From: a virus | Taxonomy: Duplodnaviria > Caudoviricetes | DNA: 64,000 bases | IMG/VR virus record: IMGVR_UViG_3300027708_000016 | Direction: 5' to 3' (one strand) | Shown: piece by piece, positions 21,394 to 30,500 of the stretch | Numbering within the stretch: the first letter of the stretch is position 1 | How the letters are laid out: every line of letters starts with the position of its first letter | Translations under genes and position numbers: made by a program | Notes under the pieces: model-generated | Database searches by the model: none | Told to the model about the DNA's origin: nothing | What the model saw: the letters and a program-made list of their open reading frames with translations, nothing else

Positions 21394-21415
21394 TTCCCGA
21401 AATTGGTTTCGGGAA
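21394..21415. terminator. Stem-loop between convergent genes
   Basis: TTCCCGAAA-TTGG-TTTCGGGAA is a perfect 9-bp stem just after the gp16-like stop. Confidence 0.55.
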
Positions 21416-21522
21416 GATAATATAAATTATTGATTTTAAATAATTTATATAAATAAAAATTACATTTCCTATACATTTATTAACAAATGAAGAGGTTTTG
21501 TAAGGAATTTGGGCAAGAAAAT

Positions 21523-21552
21523 GCCCCAACCCATAGCAATCTGGATTGGGGC
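21523..21552 (-). terminator. Rho-independent terminator downstream of the major capsid gene
   Basis: Minus strand GCCCCAATCC...GGTTGGGGC followed by ATTTTCTT. Confidence 0.65.
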
Positions 21553-21578
21553 GAACTTTTTCTTTAGCTGAACTAAAC

Positions 21579-23069
21579 TTAGAGGTAGTTGGCGACTGCG
21601 CCGTTACCTGCAAAGTTTTGTCCGAGACCCTTAACTATGATCATGTGATAGTATAAAGATGCACCGAAGATATGATCAACTACGCCGTAGCGAGTCATAA
21701 GACCTACACGTGGTGCAAAGTCATTAGGACCAACTGTGCGTTGGATCATAACTGGGATGTATGGGCAATATACAATACCTGTATCATAGTATTCGGTTCC
21801 CTTGTAGCCTAAGAGGGCGTACTCAACCTGATTTGTTCTTGCTCCTGAAAGATACTGCGCATCTGTACGGGTATCACGGTAGACGGTAAAACGTCCTCCG
21901 AGAGTACCAACTTTAGCGATTCCTGTTGGCTGCGTGTTAACGTTGCCGTTAACTGGCATCCACTGGAATTCTGGTAACATTTCTAAAATTGCACACACAC
22001 GAGGTGTAGCAATGATGAAGTTAGCAGAACCTCTACGGTTACGGATTGCGACACGATTAGCCTCGACAATTACCTTACTGTAGAAATCACGATTTCTTTC
22101 GCCCAACCAACGTGCGTCAGCTGAAGCGGCGTACCAATACGAGAATCCGTTACCTGCTGTTGCAGAAATGCCAGAGCCTGTTGGGCCTCCAGCATTGAGA
22201 CATACTTGGATCATACGGATAACCATTTCACGGTCGATTTCTGCCTGAATTTCGTAACTCATTGCGTTAGTTAATTCAGAGTCGATGTCGAGTCCGTTCA
22301 TGTTCTTAAGATCCTGTTCAAGTTCAACTGACCAACGAGCGGCAAGGCGGCGTGTGCCAGCCTCAACTGCTGTCTTGCTGAACTGAACAACAACCTGTGG
22401 GATGTTACCAGTTAATTCATAGTCACTTAAAAGTGCTGCAATACCTTGATCTGCTCCGACCATGTCGAAATCAGATCCGTTGTTTGCTAACCCAGAAAGC
22501 TGGGCTGCACTTGTGCCTGTGAATCTTGTATCTAAGTATTGATAGCCTAGTTCCTGTCCATCGGAAGCTGTACGGGGGTTTCCATTAACGTCACTTGTTG
22601 TGAGTCCTGTACTATACCCGTCGATTCCGTTGACACCTAAACTATCTGCCTCATATTTGTAACGAAGAGCAAATGCAAGTCCGACTGGTCCGCTCATTGG
22701 CTGTACACCAACGATCTCGTTTGTGATAAGCTCTGGGAAAGTACGACGAACCATCGGTATAAGAACCTTTGGTAAGCGACTATCACCAGCAGCATAACGA
22801 TCTCCTGAAAAATTAGAAGATGCAGCACCTGGGTTTCCGAAGACTCCCGAAGCACCACCGTAGATACCACCAGAGACATTTCCTCCTGCCTCTTCGATGC
22901 ACCAACGCTCCTGATTTTCCATGAGAATAGCAGTAGTTAAGCGTGAGTGCTCGTTTTCGATTGCAGCAACCTTATCGGATGTGTAATCAAGAACTGGGGC
23001 CCACTTTTCAACTAACTGCTGTGCACGAGAACGATCAATGTAGCCTGTGGCTGGATTAACGTTTTTCAT
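21579..23069 (-). CDS. gp23: Major capsid protein (T4 gp23-like)
   Basis: LVEKWAPVL; LIPMVRRTFPELITNEIVGVQPMSGPVGLAFALR; RRLAARWSVELEQDLK; EIQAEIDRE; YCPYIP; PRVGLMTRYG. Confidence 0.98.
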   Translation of the reverse strand: MKNVNPATGYIDRSRAQQLVEKWAPVLDYTSDKVAAIENEHSRLTTAILMENQERWCIEEAGGNVSGGIYGGASGVFGNPGAASSNFSGDRYAAGDSRLPKVLIPMVRRTFPELITNEIVGVQPMSGPVGLAFALRYKYEADSLGVNGIDGYSTGLTTSDVNGNPRTASDGQELGYQYLDTRFTGTSAAQLSGLANNGSDFDMVGADQGIAALLSDYELTGNIPQVVVQFSKTAVEAGTRRLAARWSVELEQDLKNMNGLDIDSELTNAMSYEIQAEIDREMVIRMIQVCLNAGGPTGSGISATAGNGFSYWYAASADARWLGERNRDFYSKVIVEANRVAIRNRRGSANFIIATPRVCAILEMLPEFQWMPVNGNVNTQPTGIAKVGTLGGRFTVYRDTRTDAQYLSGARTNQVEYALLGYKGTEYYDTGIVYCPYIPVMIQRTVGPNDFAPRVGLMTRYGVVDHIFGASLYYHMIIVKGLGQNFAGNGAVANYL

Positions 23070-23133
23070 TTGTTTTGTTTACTCCTATGGAATAGAATAC
23101 TGTGATTGTTAAATAATTCAGAATTTATAGAAT

Positions 23134-24045
23134 TTAACTTCTATAAGATTCAGATTTCTTTAACTCACTCAGATATCCGCTAACTTGGGAAAATCCCTCA
23201 TTAGAATTAGCTACCGATTCGGTAACTACTGAACTTACAGGAATCTTAGCGTCTCTGGTTTTAGCAGAAAGCTTTGCTTCCGTAACAAGTTCAGACGTAG
23301 CTTCTTGTTCGCTACGCTCAAACATCTCAACAACATAATTAAAATTCTCTTCAATATAAGAACTGTCTTTGTCGTTTAACAATTTAACAATAAAATCTTT
23401 TTTAGTTGATGGCATACCCTTGGTTTTTTGTTCAAGAATAATAGTAGATTCAACTAATTTAAGCTTTCCTATGAGAGCTTCATTTTCTTTATAAGACTCA
23501 TTGATCTTTTCATTAAGATTATCAATGGTTCTTTTACCTTCAGCAATTGTTGTCTTAATTCCAGAATTAATTGATTCTGGATTAAATCCAACGATCTGAC
23601 GGATTTTTTCAAGCTGTGTACGAGCATATGTGTTCTCTACAGCTTCTTGTAATTGAGTTTTTGGTAAAGCCTTCTCCAATGCTATATCGATGAAGTTACT
23701 AACGTCATCAATCATTTTATTTGAAAAAGCTTCTGCCTTTTCATTTAAAGCCTTGCGGTAAAAATTAACAAGCTTTTCTAATTTGCTTGTGTGATCTTCA
23801 TTAATTGAATTAACAACCATTTGAAGTTTTTCGGTATGATCACTATCAATAGCCTCTAAAAGTTTTTCTAACTTAACTGCATGTTGTTCGTCTTGTTGTG
23901 AAAGAGCATTTTCAACTTGGAGTGCTGATCTTGATTCTACTTTTTCGCTTACAGCAGCTTCAAATGCTTCAGCGATTGCTGTTGCTGTTTCTTCGGAGAT
24001 TACACTCTTGTCTAAGTTTTCTAAGATGGCTTTGAAATTCTTCAT
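23134..24045 (-). CDS. gp22: Prohead core scaffolding protein (T4 gp22-like)
   Basis: Glu-rich coiled coil (AIAEAFEAAVSEKV) located between gp21 and gp23. Confidence 0.8.
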   Translation of the reverse strand: MKNFKAILENLDKSVISEETATAIAEAFEAAVSEKVESRSALQVENALSQQDEQHAVKLEKLLEAIDSDHTEKLQMVVNSINEDHTSKLEKLVNFYRKALNEKAEAFSNKMIDDVSNFIDIALEKALPKTQLQEAVENTYARTQLEKIRQIVGFNPESINSGIKTTIAEGKRTIDNLNEKINESYKENEALIGKLKLVESTIILEQKTKGMPSTKKDFIVKLLNDKDSSYIEENFNYVVEMFERSEQEATSELVTEAKLSAKTRDAKIPVSSVVTESVANSNEGFSQVSGYLSELKKSESYRS

Positions 24046-24067
24046 ATTATGTTATAATAACTTATCC

Positions 24068-24337
24068 TTACTTGTTCCCTTTTTTAGAAACTTTTTTAGT
24101 TACTCCAATTTTCTTTAAGAAAGCCGCTTGTTTAGCGGATACTGGCTTTTTGGGATCTGACTTTTTTGAAGTTGATTTTTTTGAGTCTGACTTTTTAGTA
24201 TCCTTTTTGTCTATGACTTTTTCAATCTGCTTGGTGGCTTTTGCCTCAACAATTTGATTGAGTGATTTATTAGCTTGTGCGTAATCTCTTGCACAAACTT
24301 GTGCTAAAAAGTTTTTTATTGATTTACGAATATCCAT
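24068..24337 (-). CDS. Small basic prohead core protein (gp67/gp68 position)
   Basis: 89 aa with a Lys-rich tail, located between the protease and scaffold genes. Confidence 0.5.
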   Translation of the reverse strand: MDIRKSIKNFLAQVCARDYAQANKSLNQIVEAKATKQIEKVIDKKDTKKSDSKKSTSKKSDPKKPVSAKQAAFLKKIGVTKKVSKKGNK

Positions 24338-24370
24338 ATGTGTATTATTACTTATCCTAAAATGTTACAA

Positions 24371-25039
24371 TTAATAACTTTTTAATGCATTAATGAATGC
24401 AACAAATTGTTCACGAAGATATGCATCTTTGTTTTTTAAAGGAAGATTTGAAATACTTTTTTCAAACTTTTCATAAAATGCTTCGAGTTCACCATTGTCT
24501 TTTAACACCCATTGTTTGGATTCTAATATACCGTTAACAAATGCAGTTGGCACAGAAGGATCAGCAACAACATCAATTGCTACAAGTCTAAAGTCAGAAA
24601 CTTTACCAACTCCATTTTCTTGATCAACTCTTCCAAGTGCTCTTGATGAAACGCCAAGTTTTACTCCATCCATAATTAATGAACGAACAACTTGACCAAC
24701 AGGTGTTGAAAGAATTTTTGATTTACCTTCAAATATATTTCCATCTTGCTTTAATTCTGTAACAATGTGACAGGCTCTTTCTAAATTGATTTCAGGAGAT
24801 GATGGGTGATTGAGTTCGCCTGTTGCACGGTTGCCTTTGATCATTTCTTTATCATAACGAGCAACTTCTCTGACCATCTCTTCCAATGGATATACACGCT
24901 TGTTACGATTTGCTTCATTAGCCATTAGAAACGGTCCTTTAATGTACATGTTTGAAGGTGAATTACGATTTTGTTCTTCAACCAAATACTTTAATTCATA
25001 TGTAGGTTGCTCGACCAAAAGATTATAAACGTTACTCAT
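24371..25039 (-). CDS. gp21: Prohead maturation protease (T4 gp21-like)
   Basis: YIKGPFLMANEANRNKRVYP; GELNHP; LGVSSRALG; DVVADPS. Confidence 0.95.
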   Translation of the reverse strand: MSNVYNLLVEQPTYELKYLVEEQNRNSPSNMYIKGPFLMANEANRNKRVYPLEEMVREVARYDKEMIKGNRATGELNHPSSPEINLERACHIVTELKQDGNIFEGKSKILSTPVGQVVRSLIMDGVKLGVSSRALGRVDQENGVGKVSDFRLVAIDVVADPSVPTAFVNGILESKQWVLKDNGELEAFYEKFEKSISNLPLKNKDAYLREQFVAFINALKSY

Positions 25040-25067
25040 ATATTAATTACTTAGTCTTTTATTTATA

Positions 25068-25514
25068 CTAATTAAGGTGTTTTTCATTAAGAATTAAAAA
25101 AGTATATCCATTTTTTTTACACCATTGCCTAGCAGCGTCCCATTTAGCCTGATTAACTGCCCATGTGACTTTTTCGTAAAGCATGGTGGATTGCTTTTTT
25201 TTGTTAGTTATAGTTGGGGGTCTTGTTTGCTTTTCTGGTTTAACTTCAATTAATAGTTTTTGAATTTTTCCAGTTTTATCTTTTAATGTGGCTACGAGAT
25301 CAACAAAGTATTTGTGTACTTTTCCATCTTTTGGTGATTGGTATGGTATTACAACAGACTCGCTTCCCCATGTTAATATATTATTATTCTTATCCAAATA
25401 TCTCATTGAAATTAATTCAAGTTTTGATCTGTATATTATGGGTATGCTTCCTTTGTATTTTAAGGGGTTTAGTGGTTGATATATGCCCTGTGTGTAGTTT
25501 TGGTTTTTTTTCAT
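25068..25514 (-). CDS. gp4: Head completion nuclease (T4 gp4-like, TnsA fold)
   Basis: YQPLNPLKYKG..IIYRS; WGSESVVIPY; YFVDL; LIEVKP; NQAKWDAA. Confidence 0.92.
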   Translation of the reverse strand: MKKNQNYTQGIYQPLNPLKYKGSIPIIYRSKLELISMRYLDKNNNILTWGSESVVIPYQSPKDGKVHKYFVDLVATLKDKTGKIQKLLIEVKPEKQTRPPTITNKKKQSTMLYEKVTWAVNQAKWDAARQWCKKNGYTFLILNEKHLN

Positions 25515-25580
25515 GGTTGTTCATTTGAGTCTCAAATGAAGTAGTGGTTCATTTTAAAACACTAAGATAATCAATTAAGA

Positions 25581-26510
25581 TTATCCCAAGAAAAAGTGAA
25601 TAGGATCTCTATCGATCATATCCGTTACTATTTCTTTTTCTAAATCATCTTTTTCTTTCTCGCCTTGACGTTGTAAATCTGCATAATTAACGGTTTGATT
25701 TCCAAATAAATTAGTTCCAGCATATTTTCCTCTAACGTGTCCTAGAGTTATTTTACAAAGTGCCAATGTATATCTATAAACCCATAACTGGCTTACGATA
25801 TCTTTAATTGCTTTTTGAACTCTACATCCAATTAACCCGTAATATGGTGATAATAAGAAATTTGGTTCTGGGATGATTTTTAAAATTTGATTATCTGCGT
25901 TAAATCTAAGATATGGTTTTAATGCCAAAAGTTTTTCACGGGTATCGATCCATGTTTTAAGTGCTTGCCAAGTGATAAGATCATAACCAACATTACCTAG
26001 TAAATGCCCAAAGTATGCTTGCTGTGCAATTGTATGTTCAATGGTGAAAAGTGTATTCACGCCAGAATTGTTTCCTTCTTCGTATGAAAAGACATCAATT
26101 ACCTTTCTATATTGATTCATATCATAATCCCACCCTGCGGAATTTTTTAATGCACTAGCTACAGGAGAAAATGTAGAATTGCCAGTTTGCATTGTGCTAA
26201 CCGCTGGGGTTTGCGTTGTAGAATTGTACATATCAGGTGTGATATTAATTAATTTGTCAATTCTCAACCCAACACCAGTTTGGTATAAATCTGATCTGAA
26301 GATTAGATATTCTTCGGTTGTACCTGCAAATTTTGTAAAGAATTCACATGCTAAATCGATGTTTTCATAAATTTGTTCCGCTGATAATTCAACCTGAACC
26401 AACGGCTCACCCATTACTCTTCTTATTCTTTGAGCTAAAAGATCATAAGTGGTAACCTTTGGTGAAAAGGTCATTGAACCGTGAAAACTATTTGGTAGTA
26501 CTGTATCCAT
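25581..26510 (-). CDS. gp13: Neck protein (T4 gp13-like)
   Basis: IRRVMGEPLVQVELSAEQI; C-terminal WVYRYTLALCK...GKYAG. Confidence 0.85.
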   Translation of the reverse strand: MDTVLPNSFHGSMTFSPKVTTYDLLAQRIRRVMGEPLVQVELSAEQIYENIDLACEFFTKFAGTTEEYLIFRSDLYQTGVGLRIDKLINITPDMYNSTTQTPAVSTMQTGNSTFSPVASALKNSAGWDYDMNQYRKVIDVFSYEEGNNSGVNTLFTIEHTIAQQAYFGHLLGNVGYDLITWQALKTWIDTREKLLALKPYLRFNADNQILKIIPEPNFLLSPYYGLIGCRVQKAIKDIVSQLWVYRYTLALCKITLGHVRGKYAGTNLFGNQTVNYADLQRQGEKEKDDLEKEIVTDMIDRDPIHFFLG

Positions 26511-26539
26511 TAACAGTACTTATCTTTTTTTAATCTAGT

Positions 26540-27328
26540 TTAGATTAAAGCATCCCAAAATATTTGACTGTTATACTGTTGATATAAATCTAAACCTATG
26601 TATTCAACACAATTTGTTGTGGTTTTTTCTAATTGTGGTTTAACCTTGTGTAGGTTTGGTAAATCGGTTGCCAAGTCATTATAAACTTCTGTTTGTTGAA
26701 TTTGTTGAAAATTGTGTTCAAACTTTGGAAGTTCAAAAAAGTTATAAATTCTTTTAAGTTGTGATTTTGGATTATTACAAAATAGATTGTAATCCACAAA
26801 AAGTAAACGATCTTCATATCCTGTTATAAGTGCATCTTTTAACATTGCATGACTTAGTCCAAGGATACCATCAGGGGAAGAATAATACATTGCTCTGGCT
26901 GCAACTGTATTTGCACCGTTTAATTCGGGTGCAACTAATTTTGTTGGATTATCTTTCCTTATTCGTTCAAATGATGATAGAATCTCTGCTGGATTTCTAA
27001 CTGGGCATAAGATTTTCACTTTTTGTTGAAGTAAATTTTCCAAAAGTGGGATTTTTGAAATCCACATTCTATCTTTATCAAATATAATATCCTTTGTGGA
27101 TGTTTTGTGATAACTTTCAAGAATGCCCTTTAAAACGTTTAAACGAGCGTATTCATTGGGATATTCTCTATTTGCTTCAATATTATTCCAATTGCTTTGT
27201 ACTGCATTTAAAACTGATGCAAGTGAACTTACTGAAACACCATCAACTTTAGTATTTTGTTTTAAAATGTTTATCATCATTGTTGCACCGCTTCTTGGTA
27301 ATCCAGCAACAAAATGTAAAGTCTTCAT
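26540..27328 (-). CDS. PAPS-dependent sulfotransferase family protein
   Basis: 5'-PSB loop GLPRSGAT; 3'-PB-like VRNPAEILSSF. Confidence 0.8.
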   Translation of the reverse strand: MKTLHFVAGLPRSGATMMINILKQNTKVDGVSVSSLASVLNAVQSNWNNIEANREYPNEYARLNVLKGILESYHKTSTKDIIFDKDRMWISKIPLLENLLQQKVKILCPVRNPAEILSSFERIRKDNPTKLVAPELNGANTVAARAMYYSSPDGILGLSHAMLKDALITGYEDRLLFVDYNLFCNNPKSQLKRIYNFFELPKFEHNFQQIQQTEVYNDLATDLPNLHKVKPQLEKTTTNCVEYIGLDLYQQYNSQIFWDALI

Positions 27329-27332
27329 ATGT

Positions 27333-28379
27333 TTAACTTAATAGATTTTTTGGTTTTTTCAACTTGAATTTTTTTAATAGTGCGCTTTCTATTTTTGTAA
27401 AAGTTTCTTCCCATTTACTAAATGTTTTTTGTCTAAAAATCTTAACATTATCCTCATACCAAGGACTACTATCTTTTCCATATGCCCAAATATGATATGG
27501 TAATATTGGAGTTATTACCCATGTTGGTATGCCCATTGCACCTGCTAAATGAGCAATACTTGTGCAAGAAGTTATTACTAAGTCTAAATTTTTAATAGCT
27601 GCTGCTGTGTCTTCCCATGAAATTAATAGATGTTGCAAGTCAGTAATATCATTTGGTAATTCCATCGTATCTGTATCCCTTTGGAGAGAATAAAATTGTA
27701 TATGTTTATATTTTTTAAGATCAATTAATTTATTAGGTGGAAATATCCTAAATTGTTGATGTTCAAATTTTGTATTTCCACTCCACCTAATACCAACTTT
27801 GTATTTGTTTGAATTTATTAAATTTGCCCACTGAGAAACACTTTGTTTATTTGGTTTTATATAAGGTTTATTTGGTAGGTTTTTAAAATCATAACCAAAC
27901 AACCAACAACAACTAAACGAAGGAATCCAATAGTCGTGTTTTGTAGTTTTAATATCATTATAATTCACATAACCCTTCACACCATCAACTCTCAATAGCA
28001 AACTTTTTAAACTTGGGTCACAACATATCAGGCATTTACCACCTCTGTTTTTAATATCCCGTGCAAACCTTACATGAATAATTTGATCTCCCAATCCACC
28101 TTCAAGATTTAAAATCACCGTTTTGTTTTTTAAATTTTCTTGATCCCAAATAGGTTTGTCAGTTGGTATTTTTCTATTACCATAAACATTTAAAAATCTA
28201 CCTGCTTCTAATGATTGAAACCCTTCCTGTAATTTGCCTTGGTTAATTAAAAACCATCCCCTGTTAAATTTATGTCTCAAATCGTTAGGGTCTTGTTTCT
28301 CTAATTTTTGAGAAATTTTCCATGCTTCACGAAATCTACCTCTTACCATTAAGTTAAGCTGTTGATCTATGAGATGCAT
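27333..28379 (-). CDS. TPR-like plus GT9 (heptosyltransferase-like, GT-B) glycosyltransferase
   Basis: N-terminal TPR-like helices; EGGLGDQIIHVRF; VGIRWSGN; FYSLQ; DTAAAIKNLDLVITSCTSIAHLAGAMG. ATG at 28379. Confidence 0.8.
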   Translation of the reverse strand: MHLIDQQLNLMVRGRFREAWKISQKLEKQDPNDLRHKFNRGWFLINQGKLQEGFQSLEAGRFLNVYGNRKIPTDKPIWDQENLKNKTVILNLEGGLGDQIIHVRFARDIKNRGGKCLICCDPSLKSLLLRVDGVKGYVNYNDIKTTKHDYWIPSFSCCWLFGYDFKNLPNKPYIKPNKQSVSQWANLINSNKYKVGIRWSGNTKFEHQQFRIFPPNKLIDLKKYKHIQFYSLQRDTDTMELPNDITDLQHLLISWEDTAAAIKNLDLVITSCTSIAHLAGAMGIPTWVITPILPYHIWAYGKDSSPWYEDNVKIFRQKTFSKWEETFTKIESALLKKFKLKKPKNLLS

Positions 28380-28385
28380 CAATAT

Positions 28386-28413
28386 AGTATACTACAAAGT
28401 ATCTATTTTGCAA
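28386..28413 (-). promoter_or_regulatory. Sigma70-like promoter TTGCAA-N16-TATACT (TPR-GT9)
   Basis: The -10 box ends 6 nt before the ATG at 28379. Confidence 0.6.
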
Positions 28414-30498
28414 TTAAATTGATAATCCACTAGTATGAGATAATCCAGCATTTACATTAAACCATTTGTTATTACCAACTATTACAGGTGAGGATTTGTT
28501 TGTGGTTGTACCATCACCCAATTGACCAGAATCATTTTTACCCCATGCATATAAAATGTCGCTTGTTATTGCTGCGGAATGTAAATTACCAGCACTTATA
28601 TTTGACCAAGATAAATTACCTATTGCTACTGGACTAGATTTATTTATTGTATTAGAGTTTCCCAACTGACCAAAATTGTTTAATCCCCATGCAAATAGAT
28701 TTCCATTTGTAAGAGTTGCCAATGTATGATTACCACCTAAACTAAGTGCCAACCAAGTATTAGTACCAATTTGAACTGGAGAAGATCTTGTTATACTGTC
28801 ATTTGTTCCCAACTGACCATAGTTGTTTGACCCCCATGTTTTTAAATGGTTATTTGTATCTATTGCTCCCGAATGATACCCACCAGCTTCTGATGTAGTC
28901 CATTTATCCGCACCAATTTGAACGGGGCTACTTACGTTAGATGTTGCACTGTTTCCTAACTGTCCTTGTTGCCCAAGCCCCCAAGCATATAAAAGATTGT
29001 TTGAATCTATTGCTATATTATGAAATTTTCCACTGTGTACTTCAGACCAAACGTTGGAATTAACCTGAATAGGGGATGATGTATTATCTGTTGAAAAATT
29101 TCCAAGTTGACCGTTTGAATTTAATCCCCATGCAAATAAAATACCATTGCTATTAATAGCAACTGTGTGTTTAAATCCTGCACTTGCATTCAACCAGTTT
29201 CCTGTTCCTATTTGAACGGGTGATGATCTATCAGAAATATCATTTGTACCAAGTTGTCCACTTTGATTATATCCCCATGTAAATAATTTATTGTCTGAAC
29301 GAATCGCAACACTATGATACCCTCCAGATTTTATCACTCTCCATGATAATGATCCGAGTTGAACTGGTAATGACTGATTGTAATTTCTACCAAGCTGTCC
29401 AAATTTATTAGATCCCCATGTTTTGAGAGAACCCGTACTGAGTATACCAGCACCATTATAACTACCAGCACCAAGTTTATTCCAATTTGAATATGTTCCA
29501 ATTTGAACTGGAGATGATCTTGTTATGAGAGTTCCGTCACCGATTTGCGCCTTTGAATTAAATCCCCAAGTAAAGAGATATCCATTGTTAATTGCTTCCG
29601 TATGATACTGTCCAGCTTTTGAAAGTGTCCAATTGGTAGATGAACCTATTTGAACAGGTGAAAATCTTGTTGTTGTTGTCTGGTCACCAAGTTGTCCATT
29701 GTTATTAAATCCCCAAGTAAACAAATATCCATCGGAACGAATGGCACTACTATGTGATGCACCAGCACCAACTTTAGACCATTGTAATGAACCAATTTGA
29801 ATTGGAAGAATTTGAAGAGTTCCTGTTCCATCGCCTAATTGTCCAAATTCATTTGAACCCCATGCCCACAAATAATTATTTGTGTCTATTGCAAGACCGT
29901 GTAAATCACCAAAACTTAAAGTTTTCCATGTGTTTGATCCAATTTGAACTGGTGAACTTTGTGAGGCTCCTGTTGGTCCGTCTTGAAATTGTGTGATACC
30001 CCATGTCCACAAAGATCCATCACTTCTTATTGCCCCAGTATGAAATGCACCACAGGTAATATCTCCCCAAGTATTTGCACCAATTTGAACTGGAGAAGAT
30101 TTATCAAGAATTGTATTATCTCCAAGTTTTCCTAAACTGTTAGATCCCCAAGAAAATAATAATCCATCAGATCTTATTGCTAGGGTATTGTCTAAACCAC
30201 ATTTAACACTTGACCATGTTTGAGATCCAATTTTAATTGGAATATTAGAACTTATAGTGGTTGAATTGCCAAGTTGACCAGCATCGTTTGATCCCCATGT
30301 CCACAGGTATCCGCTACTATCGATAGCAGCCATATGAGAACCACCTACGCTTATATCATTCCATTGAGAATTGTTTACGTTTTCTGGAAATGTGGAATCT
30401 AAATTACCCAACTGACCATAAAAATCATTACCCCACAAATACAATAATTTGTTAGAGGTGTTGACATTTGTAGTTATTTTTCTAAAAAGAAAACTCAT
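28414..30498 (-). CDS. RCC1-repeat protein (14 blades, likely two 7-bladed propellers)
   Basis: 14 occurrences of L(F/W/Y/K)xWGxxxxGxxG-type blades with SSPVQIG and xSxGxxH linkers. Confidence 0.88.
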   Translation of the reverse strand: MSFLFRKITTNVNTSNKLLYLWGNDFYGQLGNLDSTFPENVNNSQWNDISVGGSHMAAIDSSGYLWTWGSNDAGQLGNSTTISSNIPIKIGSQTWSSVKCGLDNTLAIRSDGLLFSWGSNSLGKLGDNTILDKSSPVQIGANTWGDITCGAFHTGAIRSDGSLWTWGITQFQDGPTGASQSSPVQIGSNTWKTLSFGDLHGLAIDTNNYLWAWGSNEFGQLGDGTGTLQILPIQIGSLQWSKVGAGASHSSAIRSDGYLFTWGFNNNGQLGDQTTTTRFSPVQIGSSTNWTLSKAGQYHTEAINNGYLFTWGFNSKAQIGDGTLITRSSPVQIGTYSNWNKLGAGSYNGAGILSTGSLKTWGSNKFGQLGRNYNQSLPVQLGSLSWRVIKSGGYHSVAIRSDNKLFTWGYNQSGQLGTNDISDRSSPVQIGTGNWLNASAGFKHTVAINSNGILFAWGLNSNGQLGNFSTDNTSSPIQVNSNVWSEVHSGKFHNIAIDSNNLLYAWGLGQQGQLGNSATSNVSSPVQIGADKWTTSEAGGYHSGAIDTNNHLKTWGSNNYGQLGTNDSITRSSPVQIGTNTWLALSLGGNHTLATLTNGNLFAWGLNNFGQLGNSNTINKSSPVAIGNLSWSNISAGNLHSAAITSDILYAWGKNDSGQLGDGTTTNKSSPVIVGNNKWFNVNAGLSHTSGLSI

Positions 30499-30500
30499 GA

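Noticed and set aside
21391-21579. tRNA or structured ncRNA in the largest intergenic gap
   Set aside because: Only two hairpins consistent with terminators were found; no cloverleaf, T-loop or CCA end.
25068-25514. TnsA-like nuclease as a transposon gene
   Set aside because: The motifs and position match the head-completion protein gp4; no other transposase genes or terminal repeats were seen.
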